Positions 27,229 to 42,604 of a DNA stretch of 64,000 nucleotides are shown in pieces (position 1 is the stretch's first letter; each line of letters starts with the position of its first letter). The DNA is from Octopus vulgaris (taxonomy: Eukaryota): positions 126,914,001-126,978,000 of the forward strand of contig OX597817.1 in assembly GCA_951406725.2 (NCBI GenBank), written 5' to 3'. Both the position numbers and the translations under genes were made by a program. The notes under the pieces were generated by a model. That model was not told the origin of the DNA. It was given only the letters and a program-made list of their open reading frames with translations, and ran no database searches.

Positions 27229-29974
27229 AATTGTCAATGCTATCTTTTGAATAGACCAATACGCAAAAGATTTAAATAGCGCAATCTTAATGTCAAATTT
27301 AAAGCACAGAATTATGAAATGTAAATGCATGTGTGACTCTGCACTTCTCAATTAGTTTTTGGTCCCAGCTACGTTTTTTGTGATGCTCTATCGTTTCATG
27401 TTTTTTGCCATTGATTCAAGTCAATCACTGTTATGTTAATGACATTAGCTTGACACTAATTATGATCAACCCAGACACATTAATGGGTTTATAATGAGTA
27501 GTAGCTCATTTAATGCAGCCCTGCTGCTTCATTTGCCCATGGGAAGCCGATACAGCGTTGGCAACTCTGTAACAGGAATTGAAAGGAAAGTCGGGAGATT
27601 TAAACTAACTACCTCCTTGGTAGTTATTCAAGAATATATGAATAGCTTTATAGGCACTACAAATCATCCCACTATTAAAACATCAAAATTAATTCCCTAA
27701 GGACTTTAGCTTATGTCAATTGGTGCAATTTATATACCACATAGTTGTAATTCTCATCATATTTCTTTTAATGGTTCTTGTACCTTATGTGAGGAAAAGA
27801 GTTTATAGGCAATAATTATTGCTGTCTATATCATATTGTATTATATTTGCTCACTACATATGAAATAATATATATAAACTAGCTTTCTCTCGCACTTAAC
27901 ATAAAATGCACTCAAAACATTTCACTTTTCCTATTTCACTCTTGTTCTATGTACACAGAAAGAACAACCACATACAAATACGCATACCAAGCTTCATTTA
28001 ACATTATCTAAATATATTAATGTTTTAACTACATTGTTGGATTACCTGGGGAACATAGGATAAAAATCGCATCCACAATTTACAATTAATTGAATTAAAC
28101 AATCATTAAATACCTTGCTAATATATACTTCTTACGATAGGAAATATTAGAAAACTAAACATGAAAATCATCATAAAAACCGATTTCTTTTATCGCGATT
28201 AAATTTATTATGTGATATGCAAGAAATCAAATAATCATAGGCTGCTTTAATTTTCTTGAAAACTCACTCTCTGCATCTGTTACAGTTTTGTTTACTGCTT
28301 TGGTCAGTGAGTTTCCAGAAGGGATAGTTCATTAATTTCAATATTTTTCCAATTAACTCAGTAGTATTATTTTCAAACTACTTGTTTGCAATATCTTTCA
28401 TAACCAAAGAGCATGGAGCTAATTGTGGTTGTATAGAACATAGGGTGCTTTATCAGTGAAGTGAAAAGCATGCACAGGATAAATATTAGCCCTCCCTGGA
28501 TCTTAGAAGCGAGTAGAATCTCTATGAACAACATGAGTCCTACATATTCGAAAGATAATTTCCTCAGCATATCCAAAGCAGCAGCAGTAGTAACGATGAC
28601 ATGGCGAAAATTAACTTCCGAAAATAAAGTTTATTTTTGCCATTTATATACAGATGGAATATATCATTATTATTTGTGATACGGATGGGAAAACGATCCA
28701 GACTGGAAATCACCTAAAAGTAATTGGGGAATCAGCCTAGTACGTTAGAAGAGCCAAAACGTTTGCGTAATTCAAAGTAGAAAAAGCTAAGTAGATGTGT
28801 ATCCCACGTGAGAGAGACATTAATGATAGCTGGATTCTCATCAGATATCCCAGCAATATTTTCAAATATTGCACAACAAAGTCCGGTATTCTGTTGTAGA
28901 TGCTTCAGTTGTAGATCGTCTTGAATTTGCCTAGTGCAATATAAGCTATACACAAGTAGAAATATATCCCTCCATGTGTCCTTGACTGTATCTTCAAGTG
29001 AGCATAGCCATTTCAAGACACTCTATCTATCTCCCTCAACTTCCCTCGGGAACTCTCTCTCTCTCACACACACACACATATACACATACACTCACACACA
29101 TACACACACACACACACCGTGTATCTGACTAATGGACCCCACATGGATAAAATCTTCAATTCTTCTGGCAACACTATACTAATGTCAAGAGAAGACGGTT
29201 CTCAAAAGATGCAATAATAATTATGATGATAATAATTATTAGTATAATTACTTTACTCAAATTTTCAGACTATGTATTTGTAAGCGATTTATACATTTGT
29301 TTCCAAGATTTCAGCACAAATCTGGTACATATTTTATATTCCTTTACATGGGTGCCAAATACCGAACATATTAATAAAAGTATATTCACGCAAAAATAAG
29401 GAAACTAGAACTAAAATTGTGTTTGTAACAAGTGGAATACGAACAAACAAACAACCAAACAAAGCAAAAAGAAATAAATAACCCAAGTTTAATTTTCTTT
29501 TGTTAAAACAAATAAGTTACATTCTTGTATTCACTGCCAAAAATATGTTTAAAACATAGCAAAAGATAAAAACCGTTTTCAGAGCACATTTTCTAAATGT
29601 AGAATTTGCTGAAGCGATTACTTGAATTTAATTTGAAAAGTTTTGATAGATTATATGCAATCTAAAGGGAGATATTAACAATAAATTTCAATGCATCAGT
29701 GAATCTCTCTCAGACGGACTAGATAATAAAAATAAAACAGAAATCTTTTAAACAAATATGTAAAGTGTTTGAAACACGCAACTAACACACTCAACAAATA
29801 TAGAAATGAAACTCTGACATTACTTTGACACTTATAACTCTCTGCCACTGGAAAACATTTGCGTAATTTAATTAAGCAAGTTATATTACTATTGACTCAT
29901 ATTGTCCTTTAATTGATTCTATAAAAAGAAAAGAATAGAAAATAGAAGAGTAAAGAAATCAATAATCAATGGCT

Positions 29975-29983
29975 ATAATAATG

Positions 29984-30059
<76 letters not shown>

Positions 30060-30090
30060 TAATAGAAATAATAATAATAATAATAATAAT
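29975..30090 (+). repeat. (TAA)n microsatellite
   Basis: Directly visible. Confidence 0.95.
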
Positions 30091-30169
30091 TTTAAGAATA
30101 GTTATTGCAATACAATTTATGATGCGATTATACTATTGTTTTTGCTGATGTTGCTGTTGCTGCTGTTGT

Positions 30170-30370
30170 TAAGGTGGGGAGCTGGCACAATGGTTAGCAT
30201 GCAGAAAAAATACGTAGTCGCAATTTTTACGTCTCTGATTTCTTAGTTAAAACTCCGTCGAGAACATATTTGTCCTTTCTCTTTGAGGAATTGAGTACTA
30301 GTTAAACACTGAGGTTGGTGTTAATCAACTTACTCCCAACTTTGCTGGCCTTGCGCCAAAATTTTAAACC
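30170..30370 (+). mobile_element. Family-3 SINE, degraded
   Basis: aaggtggggagctggcacaatggttagca...gctggccttgcgccaaaattttaaacc resembles the family-3 head and tail. Confidence 0.6.
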
Positions 30371-30385
30371 ATTATTATTATTTTT

Positions 30386-30436
<51 letters not shown>

Positions 30437-30477
30437 GTCATTATTATTATTATTATTATTATTGTTATTATTATTAT

Positions 30478-30863
30478 GTTTTTTCCTTCTTTCTTCAAAT
30501 TTTCTTCCGTTTCTCGCCGAGTGTTTCCATACACCTAGGACAGAGAAGCTCATTGTATGCATTCCCAGATTTCACGCGCAAATTCACAGATAAAATATGT
30601 ATTTAAAAATTAATAAATAAATAAATTCATGAATGGATGCTGTTTTCACAGCAAAAATGCTCTTCTCAGTACATGAACCGTTCCAGTTAATACGATTTTT
30701 TGCACTTCCTGTCGGGATGGTAAGCCTGGAATCATTTTCAAATAGGTTTCAGTACCTTTTTTTTTATCATTCCTAGAGATCCTACAATCACTGGTACCGT
30801 AGTCGCTTTGAGATGCCACATGTTTTCAATTTCAATTAGCAAGTCTTTATATTTACTAATCTT
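30478..30863 (-). mobile_element. Dong/R4-type 3' end, family B (RLE C-terminus 30646-30863 plus UTR); TAA tail 30371-30477
   Basis: Minus translation KISKYKDLLIEIENMWHLKATTVPVIVGSLGMIKK/GTETYLKMIPGLPSRQEVQKIVLTGTVHVLRRAFLL*. The UTR is unrelated to family A. Confidence 0.88.
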
Positions 30864-30901
30864 CTTTTTCTTCTTCTTCTTCTTCTTATTATTATTATTA
30901 C

Positions 30902-30940
<39 letters not shown>

Positions 30941-30944
<4 letters not shown>

Positions 30945-31514
30945 TAGTTTTATTTTTATAGCGTGCTTTCACTTCACTACCGAGCACAGCTCTGTGTGCC
31001 TTGGGTATGTGCTGTGATTTGTTGTGATGCTCTGATGGTTATTGTATGGAAAGTGCTCTGCGTAGGATGTGTGCGGTGCCTAGTAGTGCAATTTTCTGTA
31101 TGTTATATGTGTTTGTAAGTCCTGGTGTTTTTGTTATGTATTTGTCTGAATATTTTTTTATCATGCCTAATGCACCTACTATGATAGGAATTGTTTCTGT
31201 TTTCAGATTCCACATTCTAGTTACCTCTATTTCCATGTCTTTGTATTTTGAGAGTTTCTCCATTTCTTTTAGAGACACGTTGTCATCAGCCGGTATTGAT
31301 ATATCAATTAGAAAGCATTTTTTTCTTCATGATCTCTGACAACTATATCTGGTCTGTTGGCCTTAATTTCTCTATCTGTGTGTATCGGCATATCCCAGAG
31401 TATGGTTTCTTTCTCGTTTTCTGTGACCTTTTCTGGTGTGTGCATATACCATCTTTTTTCTGTTGTTATTCCATAATGTTAGCATAGCTTCCAATGTATG
31501 TAGGTTCCAACTCT
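30941..31514 (-). mobile_element. Dong/R4-type 5'-truncated copy, family A (RLE domain plus 3' UTR), with (TAA)n on both sides
   Basis: RVGTYIHW...ILW/D...RPDIVVRDHEEKKCFLIDISIP...EKLSKYKD...ALLGTAHILRRALSIQ* contains the PD..D..KxxKY nuclease motifs. Nearly identical to 37397-37650 and 38158-38390. Confidence 0.93.
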
Positions 31515-31529
31515 TATTATTATTATTAC

Positions 31530-31584
<55 letters not shown>

Positions 31585-31586
31585 TA

Positions 31587-31851
31587 TGTTTGACTTTTGC
31601 TTTATATTTGTACAAGTTGGCTCCAAGTCTCACCCAGAGACCTCAAGAGACAACAGGGTTGGAAGTTCATGTTGTTGTTATGCCTAGTGTACCATATATT
31701 TGGGGGGTGGGGATGTTGTACTAATGAATGTCTAAAAAAAATAGGGTTTTTATTTGGTTTTTTTTAAACCGAAAATTATGTTTGTTTTAAACCTTGAGAT
31801 TACATAGAGAGTATTTTGCGTAGGATATGAGCAGTTCCCATGAGCACTATC

Positions 31852-31853
<2 letters not shown>
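31587..31853 (-). mobile_element. Dong/R4-type 3' end, family C
   Basis: Minus translation KIVLMGTAHILRKILSM* (stop ~31800), then a distinct ~210-nt UTR and a TAA tail. Confidence 0.82.
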
Positions 31854-31902
<49 letters not shown>

Positions 31903-32170
31903 GAGTGAGAGAGCAGTGCATGCCATCAAAGTGACACTGGGATAAAATATACGAAGCCCAATATACCCATCATGACTACCCGTCTGATAAGGGTACACCA
32001 GGCACATGCATCACAACCATTTATGCGCGACGTGGTGATCTCATATCAAGATAAACAGCACATGACCTTGCAGGTGGGGCCCAGTTAGAATTTTCTTCAG
32101 GTTGAGTAGCCCATCCCGCTCAAAAGGTCCCTGAATAAGAGTTGCTTAAGGATGTTGAACGAAACACCCA

Positions 32171-32172
<2 letters not shown>
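31903..32172 (-). mobile_element. Fourth TAA-bounded unit (family D), probably the 3' UTR of another TAA-targeting retroelement
   Basis: A GC-richer 270-bp block with perfect (TTA)n on both sides in the same polarity as its neighbours. No diagnostic ORF, so the strand is inferred from tract polarity. Confidence 0.55.
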
Positions 32173-32209
<37 letters not shown>

Positions 32210-34274
32210 TAAGGAAGTAAGTATATTTCTGTTACGAGAGGAAGGATTACAATAAGTAGGAAGGATTTTGATAGTTTGGTAAAGATTTAGCGTAGCGATT
32301 AGCTGTTGATTTCGGTGATCATATTGAGAGTGCATTATTATTCGAGCGAAATGACGACTTTCAATATTCTGAGACATGTGTATGGCTAGAGGATTCGTTT
32401 CAGGTAGATTACAAACTCTCGTAGAATCTTGACCCTCTGAGTATTTCTTTTTTTAAATATTGCTTCGCCACACGGTAGCAGATATGGACTGAATAAGGAC
32501 GAGTGTCAGTAGTTTGTGGATAATTTATAGGTGTATGGGTATTGTCAGTTACTTTTCCACTCAATTTACAGACTTCTTCATTATGTGAATACTCCAAAAT
32601 AATTTACAGTTAGGATGCCTTTAACTTTTTAAGAAAGTGTATATTGTCGGAAAAGTATTATTACAGCAAAACGCACACCTGAGCTCCTAGATATCCGGTT
32701 TGTCTTAGGAATTAGATTTTCAGATCAGCCCTGAGACAGCAGATATATAATCAAAGAAGCAGTCACAATATAGGGATAAACAGAACAGAATTTCCCAGTT
32801 AGACATTTATTTATATTTATTAAAGTAGGTTACAATCTGTAGTAGTTAGTGTGACAATGTAAGTGATCTCTCCTTGTTTTATCTATGTCCATAAGCCTAC
32901 GAGCAAACTTTTTTCAGTACGCTTTAATTACAACCGACTGAACTCTAACATAAGTAATTAGTGACATACCTGACGTTATTTCTAATCGATAACACTCCGA
33001 GTAGATACTACTAAATTTCCCTCCTGCTTCTGCACTGCAGCTGAGATCGAAACACTGAGCGTGAGAAATACATTAAACGAAGAAATCGATCGGATCCATA
33101 ACAGACGGGCATCTTCTTGAGGATTATATGCACTACCATTCAATATTCAAAGTATTGATATTTTTCATATTTAAATTTGCAACAAATTCTAGGTTTCAAA
33201 ACATTTCAGTATTTCTTCTGATGACCATATCTCTATAGCCTTTCAAAGGCAAGTTATCAACGATAATAATTGCTGTATAGGGCCAAAATATTACTAGATA
33301 TAAGTCGCTTACTGATCGATTGTAACCTACTACGTTGTATTAATGAAACGTATGAAAAAGTAGTATTGTTTTTAATGACGCAGACATGATGTATCACAAA
33401 TTGATAAGTAAACCACCAACCTAATATATAAAAATTAAATAATTAGTGTGCTTTCTATGTTTCCTTTTTACTGGTAATGAGTCAAATTCATAGCAAACGA
33501 CAAGCTATACGCTGAAGGAAGGACTGTATACTATCATTACAGTCGAACTAGAAATAGGTTGGATTTCAATCACATTAGAAGCAAATTTGATGCTTTCTTT
33601 TAAAGAAGTATTCAGCCATCGAATAAGAGCTCAATGGGAACACTGAAATCCCAATCAATGCTAATCTGTTACATGATATATAATATATCGTATGATGGCA
33701 ACTAAGCAAAAAATAGGTAATTAATTTTCTAAAATGCTTACTAATCAGTAGAAAAGAAATACAAATTCATCATATCCCTAAATTCATTAGTTTCTAGACT
33801 CCAGACATTTACTTTCAAATAATCACTGGAACTTACAAATTGGAGAAGGATGACTTCGTGCATTAGTATTTGAAACTATATTAGTCAAACAATGTATAGT
33901 TTATTGATGTAATTATTTTATTTAACATAATTATGTATATTTAGTTTGAACAGTAATTACATATATCTCTGATTATAAAAGTCGTTGATAATGAGTTGAA
34001 AAATTCAGTAAATGACTGTACTCAGTCGTGTCACTGACAGTAATGCAAAACTTAAGATGTTTAAACAAGTAACAATGCATTGATTTCTTAACAATGTTTT
34101 GTTTTGCTATTCTTGCACAAAATACAATTCGATTTCAAAAATGCCCAGATGTTTCAAGGCAATTAAACACTTCAAGATGCTGCTATGAAATAGAAAATAA
34201 CATGAAATATGTAAACAACGAGAAAAAATGGAAAACAGGGCTAGTGTCCTGCTGATTAAAAATTCTATTTATCT

Positions 34275-34362
34275 ATGCAGCTGAGGACGGCCCTCCGTTT
34301 ACATTAATGTAATGTTTGCATTGTTCCTTTAAATGGAGCCGCTTGGAACGGCCGTACTACAT
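34275..34362 (+). ncRNA. Type I hammerhead-ribozyme-like motif with extended stem II (one core substitution)
   Basis: ATGCAG-CTGAGGA-cgg..CTCCGTTTA[loop]TAAATGGAG ccg..-GGAAC-GGCC-GTA-CTACAT. Stem I pairs 5 of 6, stem II has 9 bp, stem III is the palindrome ACGGCCGT with a GUA triplet, and GAAA reads GGAA. Confidence 0.6.
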
Positions 34363-34848
34363 TGCCTCTGTACATCCCTGTTGCTTATTAGGGTTTTAAT
34401 CAAATTACTTTGAAATTGTATGAATAATACCGTACTAAATTATGGTGCCTCAACTTAAGTACCATATTCATCTGAATATATATATATAAACAAGCTGTTA
34501 TTTTTGTTTTAGAGTAGAACGCAATTTCTCGCACAGTCAGTAGCCGTAAAAGAGTAAAAACACAGGGTATTATTATCCTTATAATACGGAAAAAAGTTGT
34601 CAACAAAAAGCCATGGGACTCGAATCTGCACCCACTGCATACTGTCAGAGTATATTACCATGGAGCTAAACTACCTGCTGATAACAATGGCTGTCAAATT
34701 AAGCGCTAAATACATAGCATTTATTTGGAATACAACAACAAAATATGTAAAGAATGTGCTTAAATATCTGTGTATGCGTATGTATATATTCGTACACACA
34801 CATACACACAAACAAACACACACACACACACGTATATATATGCGTATG

Positions 34849-35222
34849 TATTGGGTTGGCAACTGAGTTCCTGCCGTTATTTTAAAGTTTGGAATTCATT
34901 GGATTTTTTTAAAATTTGGAATATATTTGTTTCGAGACTTCTATTTTTGAATCCTTTAAAATTTTTTTTTTCCTCGTTGATTTTAGTTAATTTTTCTATA
35001 TTTTCAGATCATATAACATGGAATGTCAAGTTAAGAATTTTAATCAAGGTTTTAAGGCTGATAAAGCTGCTCGCGACATTTGTGCTGTGTATGTAGAGGG
35101 TGCCATAGGTGAAAGAACCGCTCGTGATTGGTGTGCCAAGTTCAAATATAGAGATTTTGACCTCAAAGTCGCACCTCGTTCTGGTCGTCTAGTTACTTTC
35201 GATGAAGAGCGATTAAACCAAC
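34849..35222 (+). mobile_element. mariner 5' end (TIR plus N-terminal HTH DNA-binding region)
   Basis: TA followed by ttgggttggcaactgagttcctgc. ORF 35018 reads MECQVK...AARDICAVYVEGAIGERTARDWCAKFKYRDFDLKVAPRSGR. Confidence 0.88.
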
Positions 35223-35522
35223 TTCCAGCAGACAAGGGACATGCTGCAGTGTTGATGAACAAGTCTGACTACTCGGAAAAACTGACAAGTCTTATAAGTG
35301 ATGGTAGCTACAGCAAAGTACAGAAAGACCCTACTCTGAAAACAGAGGAGGTTGTCACAGATCATGATGAAGAACAAGGATCACTTTACAGCAATGAAGT
35401 ACAGACAACTGACTCAACACTACAGTAAACTACCACCAATGTACTGTCTTCCTAAGATTCACAAGGATGGGATTCCATTAAGACCTATAGTAAGCTGTAA
35501 AGGTTCAGCATGTCATCCACTG
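35222..35522 (+). mobile_element. Penelope-like RT N-terminal fragment (no sequence overlap with the 760/54955 fragments)
   Basis: LPADKGHAAVLMNKSDY...KDPT, then after a frameshift MYCLPKIHKDGIPLRPIVSCKGS. These are the canonical PLE ADKG and YGLPKIHK..PLRPIVS motifs. Confidence 0.88.
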
Positions 35523-36070
35523 TATAATTTCTTTATATGTTCATAAATAAATATATGCTTTAACGATTAGACAGAGGTCCAATAGAATAGCTCTCAAAAA
35601 CAGATTACACACAAATTCGTTCTTCACAACTCCTGAAGCTTTTTTCTGACAAGAGGTGGGGAATTCAGGAAAGTTTCATACAGCTGGAGGCTCCAAGCGA
35701 AACAGGGAAATCAAAATAATAAGGTTGAGAAACGCTGTTATAGATTAAGCCTAATGGAAAATGACCACATCGTCGAAGCTTACCGGGTGAAACTGGGCTT
35801 AGCTGTTAGTATATTTATAAATATATAATCGTTTCCCATCGAGGGAAGATGCTACTCTATAGCAGCGTGGAAGCATTCCATTTTCTATGCAGAAAAAGTT
35901 GGTTTATATTATTTACATTTGACGGATATTTGTCCTCATCTAGTTTTCCTCTAGAATATGCGATAGGGAAGAAACAAAAATCGAGAGATATGATAGGAGT
36001 GACACCTAAGTTCACTGGTAGTGAACAGCTGGCACCGTAGTACATATCCAACGTTACTAGCTGTGCAAAG

Positions 36071-38390
<2,320 letters not shown>

Positions 38391-38422
38391 TAATAATAAT
38401 AATAATAATAATAAAATAATAA

Positions 38423-38496
<74 letters not shown>

Positions 38497-41400
38497 TAAA
38501 TAAATACTATATTGTGATAAATAAACATCTCTATCATAAGTGCATATTTCCGGTTATTTTTATGTACGTAATTAATTTGTAAATATATAAACTTTGATTT
38601 ACAAAGATATTTTTCCCTGTGATAAACCAAGTATTTTAGTATTTTGTATTAGGAATAAAATTTCTATAAATTCGAATAAATAAGTTAGAATAATTATTAT
38701 ACATAATTATATATTTTTAAATGATTATAGATATATGTATATTTATTGTGGTACTTATTTTGATACATATATTTCCTCATATGATGTTTTTCCGAACTTT
38801 TAGACATATAATCATGAATACAATTTATACAATAATATAACTTTTCCAAACTCTAATTTAGTTCCTTCTTAAAAACTAAGGAAAGTGATAATTTTTTTAT
38901 AGTTTATCGTCTGTTTATCTAAGAAATAATATAGTTTGTAATTATCGTAGTTTTATGCTTTTGTTTATTTGGTTTACGGAGCTATTCCTTGCGATTAACT
39001 AAGAAATTTTTTTTACTTACTTGTTGGTTACTTAAAATAATGTTTATATTGGTAAAGATAAATAAATGAGAGTGATTATTATATATTATCATTATATATA
39101 ATTATATACTTTTGAAATAAATAAAGTTATAGCTAGTTTGAATGGTCAACAAAATGACATTTATGCTTATGTCTCATGCATCTTCAGCGACCTGTTAAAA
39201 GTTATTTACTACAAATTGTAACAGAGCCAAAGGGTCACTATATCTGTAAAACGTAAAATGATGACGTTATAAGACACGAACAAATGATACTCTTTGTTAC
39301 ATAACACGGATAAAGGCAGATGTTAAGGCTTTGAAAGAGGTTGGAATTTGATGTTGTGTGACTGAATGATGATGCTTAGACATGCACTGAAACAGATTAA
39401 GCACAACCTTCTTTCTTCAAAGTGTGAGTAACGAAGCCGCCATCGTTGGAGCCCTTGCCATTTTAAATCAATCTTTTGAGTGGCGAAGATGCGTTATTAT
39501 CTTCAGGATACTTGCGAAAACATATCACCAAAAGCATTTATATTCAAAATATATTTGTTACATGTTTTAACAGTCAAGTTATAAGTAAAAGCAAAAAAGA
39601 ATATACAATGTACATAACCGAGCAAGTATTTCGTTGCCATTCATTGAATGGTCTCCATAAAATATTAGTGACATACGCTTAAATTTAACTTTCCTGTGCT
39701 GCTACAAAGTAGATTATTTTTTATAATACTGGAAGCGGGTTTCATTTACGGATCCCTCGACAGCTCATTCATGCGTTCGATGTACGACTAAAATCAGAAA
39801 TTACAAACCCCCAAAATTTATAACAATTATATACTGATGTAAAAATAAATATCCGTTTCAAACGAAGATTATAGAAATCATTCCGTGTAAACTTGACTCT
39901 TATAACTTACACATATCTAGTCATTAATTCTTCAAAATTGAAACTAGTTAAACTAGTTAAAGGTAATGCTTTCATGACTGTCTTTCGGAAAGCAAAGTGT
40001 CAGTCTAAATTCTTACCTATTAGGGAAACGTAGCTTTTATTCAATATTTTTCGGCGCCCCTGTAGATTTTGATTCTCAAATACGATCTACGCGTGGTCTT
40101 CATAGGAAAAAAAGGTGACTTGCTACTGTAATATATCTGTCCTACTACATTCGATCCAGGACGACATTCTGATTATCCTCAAATCATCAAAGGTATTTAA
40201 ATCGGTAACCTTTATTTCACCACCCTCCCTTTGTTTATCAAATACCTCCATTTTCTGAATTGCATTCGTTATTTTTGTTCATATTATTTGACATGTAAGA
40301 CCTATCTGCTTGCAATATTGTTCGTTCTATTCTCTGTAATTCTAAATGTATTGTGTAATTTATGCGTGTGCGTGTTGTACATTAGTGTGTGTTTGCGCGC
40401 TCGCGCGTGAAAAAAAACCTTGTAGTGTATGTGTGTGCTTTAACGAGATTTTTTCCGATTGTGCGCGTAAACAATATCAAATTATCGGAAGCTATGTGTT
40501 TGCATACCATTCTTTCACTTTAATGTGAATAACTGACTCGACATCATATAAAACATTCATATAAGCCTAAATTGCAAACAATCGTCAAAGTAGAACATGG
40601 GAACGAAAAAGGTAATTTTCGTTTTAGATTGTGAAAATATTTGTCGTAATCTGTCTTAGAGAACAATCGGCATTTATATTAGTTTGTTCAATATGTGTTT
40701 CACTATAAAATGATTAGTTGATAGAAGACGCAAAATACTTATGTGTAGTATATGTAATTACTGGTTTGCGCATACAGGAATGGTTTCGTTTAATCTACGT
40801 AGTTCACCACTCACAGACCGAACATGCATTTTCTCTTTCATTAACACATCCTGTTCCAATTTTAAGAATTACTATTTCATTGTATTTAAATTGGCGGCAT
40901 ACTCTTTAGGAAAATCTCATTTGAGATATTCACGGAATATTGTAAATTTCTGTTTTGATATTACATGAATAATCAAGCTGCCAGTTATTCATCAACTTAA
41001 GACGTAGAGTTCACTATCATTATAGTTAAACTGTTTCATTTACTGCATTTTCAAAAAATAAAAAAAAAAGAATAATTTCTTTCCTCTTGTTCGTTTGATC
41101 ATTTTTTTCTTTTGCATAAGGAACCCTGATAATGATATTGATGTATGGTAAACAAAATGTATATTCTTGTATAAAATGAAGCTTACACTTATTACCACCG
41201 GGAAAGTTGATGTTGTGTTTAATACCGGGAAGCGTTAATGTTATTCTTTGATTGGAGATCTTGCTTGAATTTTCTTAGTTTCCTTATATGTTTAAGCATG
41301 ATTAGCTATAGAATGTCTCATTTAAAGACTACAAACGTTCGTTCCTTTTTCATCATTGACGCTAGAAATTGTGTGATTTTTATCAGGAAGGAAACACACA

Positions 41401-41526
41401 ATATATCTTTATAATTAGTAGTGTTATGATAAAAATATTGAAGCTAATTTGAATATCAAAGAACGTCTCAAGATAATTTACTAGTATATAATACGTTATA
41501 TATGTACATATATACGTATACACATA

Positions 41527-41585
<59 letters not shown>

Positions 41586-42604
41586 GTATGTATGTATATA
41601 TATATATGAATGTATGTATGTATATATATACATACACACACACACTTGCAAACACAAGCACACATACAAACACACATGCAATCACGCACAACCTCGCACA
41701 CACAAAATATCATCAATTTGTGAGTTAGAAATCCCCAGAATAAATAAAATATATTAATATTTAAAGCGTTTCATTCGGTTTCAAAAAGCATTATGTTTAT
41801 TTGGCACGCAGTAATATATATATATATATAATAGATGTATGTGCGTATATATGGGAGGTTTAAGTGTGTATGAGTAGGGGAATCGTATCAAGCTGAAGCG
41901 TCTGTTTCGCAGCCTGATTTACCCGGATTATGCCTGTGCTTGTTCCTATGATCAAGTGGATTATAATATAGTCTTGTAGTGCTGCATTTGGTAAACGGAT
42001 ACAGTTTGTAAATCCGCTGTTGAAACTTATACGTATTTCAAATTCTCTTCACCACACGTTCTCTTGTGGTTACTGTCCTGTCCAAAAGAACATCATGGAT
42101 GTGAGTGAAGATGGATGTGAGTGTAGATGTATGTGGGTGCAGGATACAATGAATGAAACCGGAGGTTATTTAATTTAACACAGACCTAAAGAGCTCACAC
42201 CAGATCTACACTTAAGTACATACATGTGTACGTGTTAATGTGTGGGCACACGCGATTTCTGTATGTGTGCTATACGCAATAAAACAAGTATTACAGATGA
42301 AATATCCATCTGTACATTATAATTAATGTAAATTCACCATTGAATGGCAAATGTAATTCGGTAAATCTCCAAGGATAAGGTACACCTTATTACTCTAGGG
42401 AAAACTGTAATTTTTTTTATTAATCACTGAAGTAAAACAACATATTATAACACCTAACATAAACACCTGGTCTGTAGTGTAGACTACAAAAGGTACCTTC
42501 TGACATCCTGAGTAGAAATATAAGATTTACTGAGAAAATCTAATGTATCTAACTTAGTATATACTACATTTATACGAAAAACATTTTCTTATTTGTGCTC
42601 ATTA

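Noticed and set aside
28373-29016. Moderately complex ORFs of 67-94 aa as host exons
   Set aside because: No recognisable domain or convincing splice-site pair. Possibly old repeat debris.
32210-32600. Possible decayed PLE RT on the minus strand (KKEILRGSR, LPTYCNP)
   Set aside because: The resemblance is too weak to support without an HMM search.
42096-42143. Three 16-bp tandem units (atggatgtgagtgaag-like)
   Set aside because: An ordinary short minisatellite with no spacers, so not CRISPR-like.
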